DNA of 64,000 nt. It comes from an uncultured virus (IMG/VR IMGVR_UViG_3300045969_000082). Lineage: Duplodnaviria > Heunggongvirae > Uroviricota > Caudoviricetes. The position numbers were made by a program, and so were the translations under genes. The stretch lies in the IMG/VR virus record IMGVR_UViG_3300045969_000082; one strand, 5' to 3'. The stretch's first letter is position 1. The number at the start of each line of letters is the position of its first letter. Under the pieces are notes generated by a model, which made no database searches, was not told where the DNA came from, and saw only the letters and a program-made list of their open reading frames with translations. Below, piece after piece: positions 29,581 through 39,535 of the stretch.

Positions 29581-31380
29581 TCAATCAATATCGACCATGC
29601 GCAAGCCTCTTTCCGCCATGGGATTCGGCCGCTTGGTTTTCAGAGGATCGACCTGCTCGAGATAACAAGCGTGCGCCATGCACATCCCGTCAAAGCCGTC
29701 GATCTTCATGTTGCTGTGCTCGGAGACCTTCTTCGGCAGGATCAGTTCCGCCGTGTTCTGTCCGCCGATCGTGTTCTCGACATTCCAGGCCAGCACCGGG
29801 TTGCCGTTGTGGGCCAGCCCCTTTGTCTTCCCGACCGCGCGGGCCGTGATGTCCTTGCATGGCTCGGAGTAGTTCGGCGCGTTCTTGCGGAACGCCACCA
29901 CCGGCTTCCCCTGCTTCGTGAGGCTGCCCATAAGGGCGTTGGCCTCGCGGTCGTCGATCGCGATGAGTTCGACCTCGGCAATGTCGCAAAGGTCAATTAA
30001 GTCCTTCTCGATCTCGACGTAGGTGTGGAACGAGCCCGGCGTGAACGTCAGAAAGCCCTGCTCGTGCCAATGCTCGTAGATGTCGCGGACCTCATCGTCC
30101 TCGCGCCATGGCCCATGCTCGGGCACATAATGCTTGGCGAAGAACGCCACCCTACCATCTGGTAGCTCGAACTCGGCCACCCAGCAGACCATGTCGTTGC
30201 GGGTGGCAAGATCGACGCCAACCCAGCACTTTTCGCCCGCGAACTGGAAAAGCTTCAGCTTCTCGTCCTTGCAGGCATCCCATTGGTCGCGGCCGATCAG
30301 CCGGCTTTCACCAAGGCCCCAGACATTGAACCGCGTCCGCAGCGTCTCGTTCTTGTTTCGCGGATTGGTGTAGATCTCCTCGACTTCCTGGAGCACCTTC
30401 CGCTTCGGTGTCGAGATGCCGAAATTCGGGTTCGCCTTGCGGATCACGCGCTCGCTGCGCCAGTTCCCGAAATCCGTCGGGTCGATCGTCCAGATCGCGG
30501 CGAAAAGCTCCGGCCGTAACCGCTTGCCTTCCAGAACCTCGATCGCGATGTTGCGCTCATCCCAGCCGACGCCGAAAGCGTTGTAGCCCGCCGACCCGAT
30601 CTTGAGAAACAGGCTCTCTGGGCGAGCACCTTGCGACGACTTCATCACATTGTAGATCGCCGCCGGCAGCGAGTGGAACTCGTCCGCGACAACCACTTTG
30701 GGGTCGTGGCCGTCCTGCTTTTTCCCAGACGATGACAGGATCGTCGCGTAGCTTTCGGTCTCGGCGACGTCTATCCGCTCCGTCAGGCACCGGATGCCGT
30801 AATGCTCCTTCAGCGGCGGGTTATATTCTACCATCTTGGACATCGGCTCCAGCACCTTCTGCGCCAGCGCCGCCGTCGGAGCGATGATGTAGAGATCGTC
30901 GCCAATGTGGGCGTTTGGACCAAGCTCGTAGAGCGAGAGACCGGCAGCGAGAAGGGATTTTCCCTGCTTGCGAGTAATCTCCAAGATTGCATCGGTGACG
31001 ACGCGGTCGCCGGTATCCGACCAGCGGAAGCCGTAGATCGCGATGATGACCCAGATTTGCCAGGCTTCAAGCCGGATCGGCGTCTTCGCCAGTACGCCCT
31101 TCACATGGACCTGCGTCTCGATGAACGCGCACGGCTCGATGGCGTGTTCGTCGGACCAGTAGATGTCGCCGTTGCCCTTCTTGGCCTCGGCGTACATCCG
31201 CAGGAATCGCTGGGCCGCGAGGATAAGAAGGCGGCAGGCCGGGATCTTCTCGTCCGCGATCAGTTCGGCATAGGCAACGCCAATGGCGACGTAGTCGGGA
31301 TACTCCTTCCCTTCGATCTTAACCGTGGCGCCGCTGTCGAGTTCGTCTCGCGAACCCGAATGCTGCGTAAGGATTGCCAC
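29581..31380 (-). CDS. terL: Terminase large subunit
   Basis: TRKQGKS Walker A, VVADEFH Walker B, GVDLA and KIDG nuclease motifs; start uncertain (31380 or 31416). Confidence 0.95.
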   Translation of the reverse strand: MAILTQHSGSRDELDSGATVKIEGKEYPDYVAIGVAYAELIADEKIPACRLLILAAQRFLRMYAEAKKGNGDIYWSDEHAIEPCAFIETQVHVKGVLAKTPIRLEAWQIWVIIAIYGFRWSDTGDRVVTDAILEITRKQGKSLLAAGLSLYELGPNAHIGDDLYIIAPTAALAQKVLEPMSKMVEYNPPLKEHYGIRCLTERIDVAETESYATILSSSGKKQDGHDPKVVVADEFHSLPAAIYNVMKSSQGARPESLFLKIGSAGYNAFGVGWDERNIAIEVLEGKRLRPELFAAIWTIDPTDFGNWRSERVIRKANPNFGISTPKRKVLQEVEEIYTNPRNKNETLRTRFNVWGLGESRLIGRDQWDACKDEKLKLFQFAGEKCWVGVDLATRNDMVCWVAEFELPDGRVAFFAKHYVPEHGPWREDDEVRDIYEHWHEQGFLTFTPGSFHTYVEIEKDLIDLCDIAEVELIAIDDREANALMGSLTKQGKPVVAFRKNAPNYSEPCKDITARAVGKTKGLAHNGNPVLAWNVENTIGGQNTAELILPKKVSEHSNMKIDGFDGMCMAHACYLEQVDPLKTKRPNPMAERGLRMVDID

Positions 31381-31714
31381 CTTTCCCTTCCTGCCCGACG
31401 ATCGTTTGCTCCGCATCGAGGCGTTCCAACTTCATCATGGCCGCGCGCTTCGCTTCCATCGCTTGCCGTGTCGGGCGCTTCCCCTTGCCGATGGCGTAGG
31501 CAATGTCGTCTGTCGCGATGGCAAGCATCTCGACGTATTCGCGGGTTTTCAGCGTGAGGAGACCGGACTTGATGAGCGTCCGGCACCATTCGTCGTAGAC
31601 CTTGCGGCCGGCGGCCAAGAGCGGGATGTTCGGTTCCGGCAACTCCTTGAACGAGGTCAGGAAATGGACCTCTCCGGCGCTACTCGGCGTCTGCTGCTGT
31701 TCCTTGGTCTTCAT
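31319..31714 (-). CDS. terS: Terminase small subunit (P27-like)
   Basis: Directly upstream of terL; P..L...GRKVYDE pattern. Confidence 0.7.
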   Translation of the reverse strand: MKTKEQQQTPSSAGEVHFLTSFKELPEPNIPLLAAGRKVYDEWCRTLIKSGLLTLKTREYVEMLAIATDDIAYAIGKGKRPTRQAMEAKRAAMMKLERLDAEQTIVGQEGKGGNPYAAFGFARRTRQRRHG

Positions 31715-32147
31715 CGAACAGCTCCGCCAGCGGCCCGCGCTTCAGGATGGCGAACTGCGATGGTCTTGTCTCCGGATGCCGGCACCATTGCGGGAGAAGG
31801 CTGATCGCGCCAATCTTGCGGGCGTATCCCTCCATCTTGGCTTTCCATCCCTTGTGATGCACCCGGCAGAGCGCCTGAAGATTAGTCCATTCCAGCCGCA
31901 GATCGGGCTCGTCCTGCACGGGAACGATGTGGTCGACATCATCGGCCAGGCAGAGATAACCGCGCCGCCGGCACTCCTCGCACTGCCGCTTCACGCTCTG
32001 CATGTAGGCGTGGCGCAGCTTCTCCCAATCGGCGTCGTATCCCCTGCTCTGCCGGCTGCCGCGGTACTTTTCGCCCTTCCTGACACGTTCGCCGTCTTTG
32101 GCGCCGAGCTTCGGGGCGGTCTGGCGGCGAAAGGACGGGATAGTCAT
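31680..32147 (-). CDS. Packaging HNH endonuclease (HK97 gp74-like)
   Basis: RGYDADW...CEEC...VDHIVP...NLQALC..HH. Confidence 0.88.
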   Translation of the reverse strand: MTIPSFRRQTAPKLGAKDGERVRKGEKYRGSRQSRGYDADWEKLRHAYMQSVKRQCEECRRRGYLCLADDVDHIVPVQDEPDLRLEWTNLQALCRVHHKGWKAKMEGYARKIGAISLLPQWCRHPETRPSQFAILKRGPLAELFDEDQGTAADAE

Positions 32148-32194
32148 TGACTACTGCCGCATCAAAGTGTTCGTTCGCTTAAAGGGGGTGGTGC

Positions 32195-32725
32195 ATGCCA
32201 AGCTTAAAAGATTTCGTCGAAGCGATGAGCACGTCGTGGCCTGTGGCGCTCGCGATCTTTCTAGGGTCTTCAGCAACACTCATCGGCGAGGCGTATGGGA
32301 TTGAATATCTCGCCACACTTCCAAACTGGCTTCTGGGGACCGCCTTTCTTCTTGCAGTGTTCTCTGGCGCCGTACTCGCAGTGTCCCTGCTCAGGTCGGT
32401 CCTTAGCCAAATTGCGCGCCCGTTCCGAATTAGACGCATACGGAAATGGAAGGCGCAACATATCGAGAAACTTCAGCGTATGCCGACTCAAGAAATCCAC
32501 GTTCTGGCATGGGTGGCCGCTCAGAACACTCAGGTCTTCCTAGCACCGCTCAACGACGCAGCCCTCGAACCCTTGATTGCCAAGGGATATGTGGAGATCG
32601 TACCTGGCCACCATTCAGTCCTCGATTGGCCCCACCGAATACCCGATCATGTCTGGGACTTCATGATCAATGAGGTGGCTGGTTGGCCTAACAAAGATCA
32701 GATAGTTCGACCCTTCCGCTATTAG
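32195..32725 (+). CDS. SieB-like superinfection exclusion membrane protein (moron)
   Basis: Two N-terminal TMs then LQRM..QEIHVL...LIAKGYV...VWDFM; opposite strand. Confidence 0.55.
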   Translation: MPSLKDFVEAMSTSWPVALAIFLGSSATLIGEAYGIEYLATLPNWLLGTAFLLAVFSGAVLAVSLLRSVLSQIARPFRIRRIRKWKAQHIEKLQRMPTQEIHVLAWVAAQNTQVFLAPLNDAALEPLIAKGYVEIVPGHHSVLDWPHRIPDHVWDFMINEVAGWPNKDQIVRPFRY

Positions 32726-32958
32726 ATAGTCAACTGCCCGAAAATCTCCTCGCCGAGCCCGCGCTTTACGGCAACCGCCTCAGCATCCTTCAGCGACGCC
32801 GCGATGATATTCCCGCCGAGCGTCTTGCCGCCGGCCTTGAACTTCGTCCCGAACACCACTCCGCGCTCGGCCAGCAGTTTCACCTGCACAGGCGTCATGC
32901 CGTCGATCTCGTCGATGACGATGCCGTTCTCAGCCTTGGCGGAGCGAAATCGGAACAT
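32722..32958 (-). CDS. Hypothetical phage protein
   Basis: ORF in late-operon orientation with phage-like codon use. Confidence 0.55.
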   Translation of the reverse strand: MFRFRSAKAENGIVIDEIDGMTPVQVKLLAERGVVFGTKFKAGGKTLGGNIIAASLKDAEAVAVKRGLGEEIFGQLTI

Positions 32959-33368
32959 CTGAAAATCTCCGGCGCCGCCGCTTGCCCCAGCCACAATGAA
33001 CCGCCGAAGCGGCCGCCCCGCGCTGAAGCGGTTCCTAGCCGTGAGCGAACAGCCTTTGGTGCCCTGTCAGCCGGTATCGCAGGGAGGAGAACGCGGGACG
33101 ATGTGGATTGTTGGGGTCCGGGCGCGCAAGCCCATCACGCCGCAGAGGATGCGCAGAAAATCCTGATTGTCAACTGAGATTGATGGATGCCGCCGAAGTC
33201 ATCAGCATCAATGATTGTTAAGTATTTGATTTATTTTATACATTTATCGTTCACAGTCGCTATGAACGATACTGAGAATACTTTCAGGCAATGTGAACGA
33301 TCACTGCCTCTTGCAACGCTTCAGAATCAGGGGCCATACATCGAACGGGGAAATACCGGGAGGGCGCC

Positions 33369-34592
33369 ATGGCAAACGAGCCAATCATCGACGTGGATCT
33401 GGGGCAGCACAACGGAACGTTGAAATTCTTTTCAACCCAAGAAATCCACGATTTCACACAAAATGAGCAGAATTTTTGGTCTTGGCTTAATTCAAGCCCT
33501 GTAAATCGACAAATCAAGCAGCCCTGGAATGTTATCTCTCAACATATTTCGCAGATCCAAAACCAACTTCCCGGCTTTGGGGATGGATCCGATGAGGGTA
33601 ATCGCGGGTTGATGCAAGACCATCTCCGTCGAGCCTTCCAGAACACGAGGATACCATTGTCTACGTCGCCGGTCGGCGAATTTGTATCGCAATTAAAGGA
33701 CGAGTCCCCAACGGTAGCTGCCGCCGCACTCGCTTCATGGATGAACACCGGCGGCCTCGACATTGGTAACTTCGAACACACCAAGGGCGTCATGCTAATG
33801 GCGGCGTTCGATGCAGGGATCAGCAGAAAGACGCCCGCCGCGGTGAAGCGATCGCTGGAAGGGATCCAGAAGCAACTCCAGACAGCGAAGGCGAAGACAG
33901 AGAAGGAAACCAGAGATCAGCGCGACGTCTTCAAGAATGAATTGACCCGCCAGCGGAAATCCGTTGCCAGATCCCTTCGACAAGGGAGACGATTGCTGAC
34001 TGCCTTCCGGTCTTCCAAGGATGCACAAGTCAACCAGTCCCTTTCACACCTCGGCGAGCAGGCGATGGCATCGATTGCCAGCATCCAGGAAACCGAGAAT
34101 CTGTATCGCGAGCACATGCGACTGAAAGGGCCGGTTGAGTATTGGTCGCAGAAGGCCGAGGCTCACCGCACGAAAACACTAACCTACCGCAATTTCTTGG
34201 TAGGTTTCTCAGTATTGGCGAGCCTTGCCCTCGTGGGGAGTCTCTATTGGATCGCAGGCCATGCAATCGAGATTGCGACGACTGACAAGCCGCCAGCAGT
34301 CTACCTAGTCCTCGTCACGCTGGGCGTGGTGCTCACCACAATCGTTTTCTGGGCCGCACGCATCCTGACGCGTTTGTTCCTGAGCGAACACCATCTCGCA
34401 ATCGATGCTGAGGAACGGTCGATAATGGCCCAGACATACCTAGCGCTCACGGCGGAAGGTCAGGCAACAGAGCAGGAACGGGCCATCGTTCTCGGGTCGC
34501 TCTTCCGCCCGACGGCGGACGGGATTGTGAAGGATGACGCGGCACCGGATTTATCGCCGGCCGCCCTGCTGTCACGGCTTGGAGCGCGATAG
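33369..34592 (+). CDS. Coiled-coil plus 2-TM protein (DUF6161-like moron)
   Basis: PVEYW, EHHLAIDAEER...YLAL, LFRPTADGIVKDD; lower GC; AT-rich upstream region. Confidence 0.75.
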   Translation: MANEPIIDVDLGQHNGTLKFFSTQEIHDFTQNEQNFWSWLNSSPVNRQIKQPWNVISQHISQIQNQLPGFGDGSDEGNRGLMQDHLRRAFQNTRIPLSTSPVGEFVSQLKDESPTVAAAALASWMNTGGLDIGNFEHTKGVMLMAAFDAGISRKTPAAVKRSLEGIQKQLQTAKAKTEKETRDQRDVFKNELTRQRKSVARSLRQGRRLLTAFRSSKDAQVNQSLSHLGEQAMASIASIQETENLYREHMRLKGPVEYWSQKAEAHRTKTLTYRNFLVGFSVLASLALVGSLYWIAGHAIEIATTDKPPAVYLVLVTLGVVLTTIVFWAARILTRLFLSEHHLAIDAEERSIMAQTYLALTAEGQATEQERAIVLGSLFRPTADGIVKDDAAPDLSPAALLSRLGAR

Positions 34593-34844
34593 ATATCGCC
34601 CCTTCTCTTCGACCAGCGCGCCGAACTCAGCAAAGGACATTCCCGAGAAGGCGAGGACCATCGCTATCCGCTCCGTAGAGGGCCAGCGGCAGCGCCCATC
34701 CTTGACTCGCTTCGAGGGGTTGAACGCGGTCGAGTCGCCACCGCTCAGGATCGACAGGCGCGATGTTGAAACGCCCTGCCGAGCCGCGATCTCGTCTATC
34801 GCCGCCCAGATTGCGGCGTGGTTCCGTTGTAGATCGTCGTTCAT
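34572..34844 (-). CDS. HTH regulator, N-domain of alphaproteobacterial HTH-S24 family without peptidase
   Basis: IWAAIDEIA...DSTAFNPSKR...RWPSTE motif. Confidence 0.7.
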   Translation of the reverse strand: MNDDLQRNHAAIWAAIDEIAARQGVSTSRLSILSGGDSTAFNPSKRVKDGRCRWPSTERIAMVLAFSGMSFAEFGALVEEKGRYLSRSKP

Positions 34845-35530
34845 CGCCCCTCCCCGATCTGGTCGATATTGCCCAAGATCGGACGGAAGGTATAGGCGGC
34901 GACCCACGGGTTTGCCTCCCAGCCATGGCCGCGCGCCGCATTGAGGCTGTCCCACAGCGCTTCAAATTCGGATAGTGCTGTTCTCGTGTCGTCGCACGCA
35001 GTGCCGGCTGAGCCGGTCCAAGGCTGCACTGCTCCTTCGGCCAGCGCATCCGCCTCGCTGATTTCCCGCAACCGCTGTACGCGGACATCGGTGACGATCA
35101 GGGTGATGCGGCTTGCCCAGCGGGGCAGGAACATCGCCGGGCGGAGTTTGCCCTTCAGGCCGATCTCGGCATAGCTCCGGGCGGTGGCGGCATGTTCGAT
35201 ATCTGCATCGCGCGGGATGTCTCTCGGCGGCGTCCTATCGAGGCTGCGGGCCGCATGCCATGCCTCGCGGACATAGAGGCGGTCGCCGACGGCATACGGT
35301 GCTTTCCAATCGCCGGTCGCGAACTGATAGGCCGGCCTGTCGGTGTGGACCACCCATACCCAGCCACGCCCCCCACGTTTCTCGACGCGGACAGGCTCAT
35401 GATGCTGCGCAAGTTTCGGTTGCGGATTGATGACCCGCCGCGTCTGCGTCTTGCCGGTGCCGGGCTGCTCGATCTCGCGCAGGATAGCGCGGACCATTGG
35501 GGCGGAGAAAAGGATGGGAAGATCACGCAT
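34841..35530 (-). CDS. ASCH/PUA-like phage protein
   Basis: PILFSAPMVRAIL...KTQTRR...GDRLYVRE...PRWASRITL...WEANPWV. Confidence 0.8.
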   Translation of the reverse strand: MRDLPILFSAPMVRAILREIEQPGTGKTQTRRVINPQPKLAQHHEPVRVEKRGGRGWVWVVHTDRPAYQFATGDWKAPYAVGDRLYVREAWHAARSLDRTPPRDIPRDADIEHAATARSYAEIGLKGKLRPAMFLPRWASRITLIVTDVRVQRLREISEADALAEGAVQPWTGSAGTACDDTRTALSEFEALWDSLNAARGHGWEANPWVAAYTFRPILGNIDQIGEGR

Positions 35531-35744
35531 TGCCCGCCACCTCCCCGATTTCGTCGTCATCATCGTCACCGTCATCAACGTCGTAATGATCGTCGATGAA
35601 ATCCGCGAGTTGCAGCGCGCCTCCGGCCGGGACCGGGCAGATGCATATCAGCAGGCCGTTCAGATCGAACGCTCGCAGCCAGAGCGTGCCCTGCGTGTCG
35701 ACCGTGTAGGCGATGGCGCCGGCTACCAGTGGTGTGCGGATCAT
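35523..35744 (-). CDS. Hypothetical protein, acidic C-terminus
   Basis: AAGGAG RBS; coupled stop/start. Confidence 0.5.
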   Translation of the reverse strand: MIRTPLVAGAIAYTVDTQGTLWLRAFDLNGLLICICPVPAGGALQLADFIDDHYDVDDGDDDDDEIGEVAGNA

Positions 35745-35877
35745 GCCGGCTCCTTCAGGACTTTGATCTTGCTGATGATGCCCGTGCGGCGCTCCTTGGC
35801 GATCTCGCGCGCCTGGGCCGGTGTCTCGGCATCGACGTCGAGCGTGGTGCCATCGGTGTAGTGCAGTCTGAATTGCG

Positions 35878-36324
35878 TCAAAGCAGGTCCTCCAGATCAA
35901 GCTGGCCTCCGCGGTTTCTGCGCGTGCGAGCAGCGTTTCGTGCGTGATGTTTGGCGTCGAGGCGCAGGTGATGGCGCTGGCAGAGGTGCGCCAGGTTGCT
36001 ATCCTCGTTGCGGGTTTCGTCGTGATCGAGGTGCGCGACGGTGAGAACAATCTTCAGCACCTTCTGCGCGCCGAACTCCGACGTGCAGCGCATCTGCCCC
36101 ATGCGAAGCCCTGTTTCAGCATCAAATACCTCACAGGTCTCCAGCACCATGTATGCGTCTCGGCCGCGATAGGTGCCGCGGGCGATCATCGTCATATGCG
36201 GGGCGCCGCAGGTCTCGCATTTCCAGCCCGAGCGCTCGCCGATCCTCTTGCGGATCGCGCGCCACTCCGGCGATTTGATCGAGCCGCCGGGATAGAGGTG
36301 CTGACGTTCGGGCCGGATCGGCAC
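35878..36324 (-). CDS. HNH-like protein
   Basis: MPIRPE...CETC...IVLTVAHLDH...NLAHLCQRHH. Confidence 0.8.
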   Translation of the reverse strand: MPIRPERQHLYPGGSIKSPEWRAIRKRIGERSGWKCETCGAPHMTMIARGTYRGRDAYMVLETCEVFDAETGLRMGQMRCTSEFGAQKVLKIVLTVAHLDHDETRNEDSNLAHLCQRHHLRLDAKHHARNAARTRRNRGGQLDLEDLL

Positions 36325-36490
36325 TACGTCCTCGCCGCAAAACCAGTGAGCCGTCCGAGCGCCCGCAGGATGTTGCAGGTCTGGGCTTCGTCGAACGTCG
36401 TGAACACCGAACCTTCGCCGCTTCTGATGACTGCTCGTCCTTTGATGATCTCGCCTGTGAGGCGGCTGTGAAGTTCAGACTGGTCAGCCA

Positions 36491-36871
36491 TCACGCCTCC
36501 TCGTCGCTGCCGACCTTGCCGTCGAGCGGCGCGGGCGGAGGTTCGACAGGATCAGGATCGGCGGCCTTCTGGACGAGGACCGTCACCTCTTTCGCCGGCC
36601 AGATCAGGTATGTTCCATCGTCGGCCTTCACCCAGAGCTTGTCGGCGTCGCTGGCGATAACTTTGGCTTCAGCGCCGTTCGTCCAGCGGACACGCTCGCC
36701 GACGTCGATCCGTGGCGCGATGAGCGTGACGTGCTCAAGCTTCACCCAGAGCGCGGAGTGGTGGCCTTCGACATCGACAAACACGCGGCCGCTGTCTTCA
36801 TCAGGCCGGCAGTCGTGGCGGACCTTGCCGGTCAGGCCGACGACATCGCCGGTGCGGAGGAGCGCGGTCAT
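36491..36871 (-). CDS. Hypothetical protein (tandem SH3/KOW-like)
   Basis: GDVV...VGERVRW beta-rich repeats; coupled to ACP gene. Confidence 0.55.
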   Translation of the reverse strand: MTALLRTGDVVGLTGKVRHDCRPDEDSGRVFVDVEGHHSALWVKLEHVTLIAPRIDVGERVRWTNGAEAKVIASDADKLWVKADDGTYLIWPAKEVTVLVQKAADPDPVEPPPAPLDGKVGSDEEA

Positions 36872-37128
36872 GACACCCTCCCGCGCACGATCTTGATGGC
36901 GTCGCCGACGGTGATCGCTGCGTCGGCCTCATCGTCGGGAATCTCGATCCCGAACTCCTCCTCCAGCGCCATGACAACGCAGACGGTATCGAGGCTGTCC
37001 GCATCGAGGTCGTCGATGATGGACGCGGTGTCGACTACCTTGTCGGGCTCCACGCAGAGCGTGTCGGCGATACGGGACCGAACCCGCTTCGCGATATCGT
37101 CCTTCTCAGTCATTTCAGGCTTCTCCAT
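36868..37128 (-). CDS. Phage-encoded acyl carrier protein homologue
   Basis: [11 protein letters not shown]...[11 protein letters not shown]...TVGDAI with DSL phosphopantetheine site. Confidence 0.9.
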   Translation of the reverse strand: MEKPEMTEKDDIAKRVRSRIADTLCVEPDKVVDTASIIDDLDADSLDTVCVVMALEEEFGIEIPDDEADAAITVGDAIKIVRGRVS

Positions 37129-37273
37129 TGGGGTTGAGGGTTAGGCGGCGCGACTTTTCATGCATCGCAATCCATGCGGTCTTGAAACTGCCGGCGGGCG
37201 ACATCAGATCAAAGCAAGCCGCAGTGAACTGGCGGCTTAACCGTTGGAATCGTTTGTCAAACGAGAGGGAGCT

Positions 37274-37573
37274 ATGAATACCGGAGACTTCGCGAAGCCC
37301 GTCTACCTGAAGGACGGAAAGTACCTGATCCGCGAGATTTCCAATGTCATCGACGCGATCGAGTTCCTTGAGGAATGGCCCGAAAAGAGCCGGGACGTCC
37401 TCCACGAGGCGGCGCTTCGAACCTGCATCATGGCCCATGACGGCCTGAAGCCGATCAAGGTCGCGCGAGACGCCATCCGGGCTTTCGGTAAGAAGAAGGG
37501 CATCCTTGAGAAGGAACCTGCGGTGAAGCCGTGGATGATCAAGCCCACGTCTGGCGGCCAAGCTACAGCGTAG
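37274..37573 (+). CDS. DUF982-family protein
   Basis: FAKPV...DAIEFLEEWP...ARDAIRAF...GIL. Confidence 0.75.
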   Translation: MNTGDFAKPVYLKDGKYLIREISNVIDAIEFLEEWPEKSRDVLHEAALRTCIMAHDGLKPIKVARDAIRAFGKKKGILEKEPAVKPWMIKPTSGGQATA

Positions 37574-37599
37574 TGTTTTGACGGCGCTGGGGTGGTCGA

Positions 37600-38283
37600 T
37601 CATGCGGCCATCTCCAGCGCATATCCGCCCCATTGCTCGGCGGCCGCAGCCATCATGCCGGGGAAGGATCGACTGCGAAGACGCGCTCGCTCAGGACCGG
37701 GCGTCATTCGGTGAACCCGGTTCCACCGCTTCCACTCGTCGCCGCCGCGCTCCGGCTCCGAAAGCAGATTGGTCGCAACCAGCGGACGAAGCCCGCGCAA
37801 GTACCAGCCCGTCGCTTTGTATTCGGGATGGCCGAACCAGAACGGCTGCACCATTTGGGGCTTAGGAAGATCGGCCGGCATCCGTGCCCGCGCCAGATCG
37901 TTCATCTCCGGGTTTTCGATGGCGACACGCTCGATCGGCGCTTTCCAGCAAGCTGTGAAGATCGAGACGCCTTCCTCAAACTCGGCCTTCATGCTTTCCC
38001 ATGTGCGCCCGGCCGGAAGCTTCTTCGGAGGCGTCCAGTTGCCCGGCCCGCTCATCCAGCGCCGGCCAGACCTGCAAAGGCGTGTGCAAGGCGGGTGAAG
38101 CACTGCGAGCAGATCCCAGCCGTCGTTCAGGATGCCGTCGCGGACGTCGCAGATGATGTGCCGGTTGCTGCCATCCTCGGCCGGGAGAATGTCGCAGGAC
38201 CAGACGTCGTGGCCGAGATCGGCGAAGGCGCGGCGCGCGATGCCGGATGTTTCGCAGGCGATGAGAACTCGGAGGGCGCTCAT
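37600..38283 (-). CDS. Compact C5 DNA cytosine methyltransferase-like protein
   Basis: VLIACETSG, SCDI, HPPC and IENP motifs. Confidence 0.75.
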   Translation of the reverse strand: MSALRVLIACETSGIARRAFADLGHDVWSCDILPAEDGSNRHIICDVRDGILNDGWDLLAVLHPPCTRLCRSGRRWMSGPGNWTPPKKLPAGRTWESMKAEFEEGVSIFTACWKAPIERVAIENPEMNDLARARMPADLPKPQMVQPFWFGHPEYKATGWYLRGLRPLVATNLLSEPERGGDEWKRWNRVHRMTPGPERARLRSRSFPGMMAAAAEQWGGYALEMAA

Positions 38284-38810
38284 GCCGCACCGCTCGGTGT
38301 CGATAGTGCTGACACAACATCCCAGCCGCGGCGAATGCGGCTCCTGACCGCGCTGCGATCGATGCCGAAATGCCGGCACCACCCGGTCATCGTCTTCGTG
38401 ACGCCGTCGATCGTGATCTTGCGGCAGATGCCGTGATTCTCGTTCTGCTCCTGCGGCGTAGCCCAGCGGACGTTCCCCACCTCGTAGTGGCCGTTCGTAT
38501 CAATGCGATCGAGTGTGTGTTCCGGCGTTGGCGCGAAACCGATGTCGTCGAAGAACTCCTCGAAGCTCTTGAAGCGGAACTTGATGCCCCGGCCGCCGTA
38601 CCACTTGTAGGAGTGCTCCTTCTTCGAGGTGCAGCGCGCACGGGCTGAATAGTAGGCGCGGTACTCTTTGGTGCCGGCCATATGGTGCGTCACCTTGCTG
38701 TTCCGCTTCGGATCGGCGCGACCGTTTCGTCGGCGCTTGGGCCGCCTGCCGTATTTCACGTCGAGGAGCCGCGTGTCGGTCATAGCGAGAACGCGAAGAT
38801 GCCCAGCCAT
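38280..38810 (-). CDS. HNH endonuclease
   Basis: YGGRGIK...TLDRIDTNGHYEVGNVRWAT...QN. Confidence 0.85.
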   Translation of the reverse strand: MAGHLRVLAMTDTRLLDVKYGRRPKRRRNGRADPKRNSKVTHHMAGTKEYRAYYSARARCTSKKEHSYKWYGGRGIKFRFKSFEEFFDDIGFAPTPEHTLDRIDTNGHYEVGNVRWATPQEQNENHGICRKITIDGVTKTMTGWCRHFGIDRSAVRSRIRRGWDVVSALSTPSGAA

Positions 38811-39049
38811 CACGCCACCTCCCAAGGGAAGACCGCCTCGCCCTGCCTCGGGTAGAGAACCCGACACGCCAATCGGATCGCTGGAGGAGCCCCTTCGCGC
38901 TGGTAATTGCTGACCGATGCCTTGCTGATCCCCAGCGCCTTCGCAGCCGCGGCGCCGGTGTATCCCATGAGTTCGAGCCACGCCTTGAACTCGGTCGCAG
39001 ACATGTCGCGGCCCCCGTTCACGACACTCGATTTCACTCGCTGGTTCAT
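38810..39049 (-). CDS. Cro-like HTH protein
   Basis: FKAWLELMG...AAAKALGISKASVSNY. Confidence 0.7.
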   Translation of the reverse strand: MNQRVKSSVVNGGRDMSATEFKAWLELMGYTGAAAAKALGISKASVSNYQREGAPPAIRLACRVLYPRQGEAVFPWEVA

Positions 39050-39383
39050 TTGCGGAATGTTCTCTCGCTATAGGGCATTTTCGTTCATCTGCTGAACACA
39101 CGTATACGCATTGCACACGAATATCAATACGTGTCGTAGCGATAATCTCAACGATGCCCCCGCACCCACCCCGCCGACCAGAAGGGTGTTTTCTGGATTG
39201 GAGAATAAATCTCTCGCCGCGCCGGTCCTGAGCTAACTGCCTGTTTTTTAACCGCGAATGGGGTAGGGGTTCATCATAGAGGGTCTGATGGTCGAGCTGC
39301 TGGCGTCACTTGGCACGCGGCTTGCTTTCGCGTGCGCCCGTGCTGTTATCGGCCTTGCTGGCGGCAACTTTTCTTCATCAATT

Positions 39384-39426
39384 AATACATTTCGTATTGC
39401 ATCATCCGGCGAGTCGTGCTTCTATT
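39384..39426 (+). promoter_or_regulatory. Putative promoter with overlapping operator
   Basis: AATAC-ATTTC-GTATT (39384-39398) overlaps TTGCAT -35; same palindrome at cI/cro and 57958-57996. Confidence 0.65.
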
Positions 39427-39535
39427 CGTTCAGGCAATGGTGCCGACGGGGACTGAGCAAGGCGAGTGTGCCGACGGTCTCTGAACTACCCAGGCAGACA
39501 GGCAATTGTGCCTACCGATAGAGGAACCCCAATTC

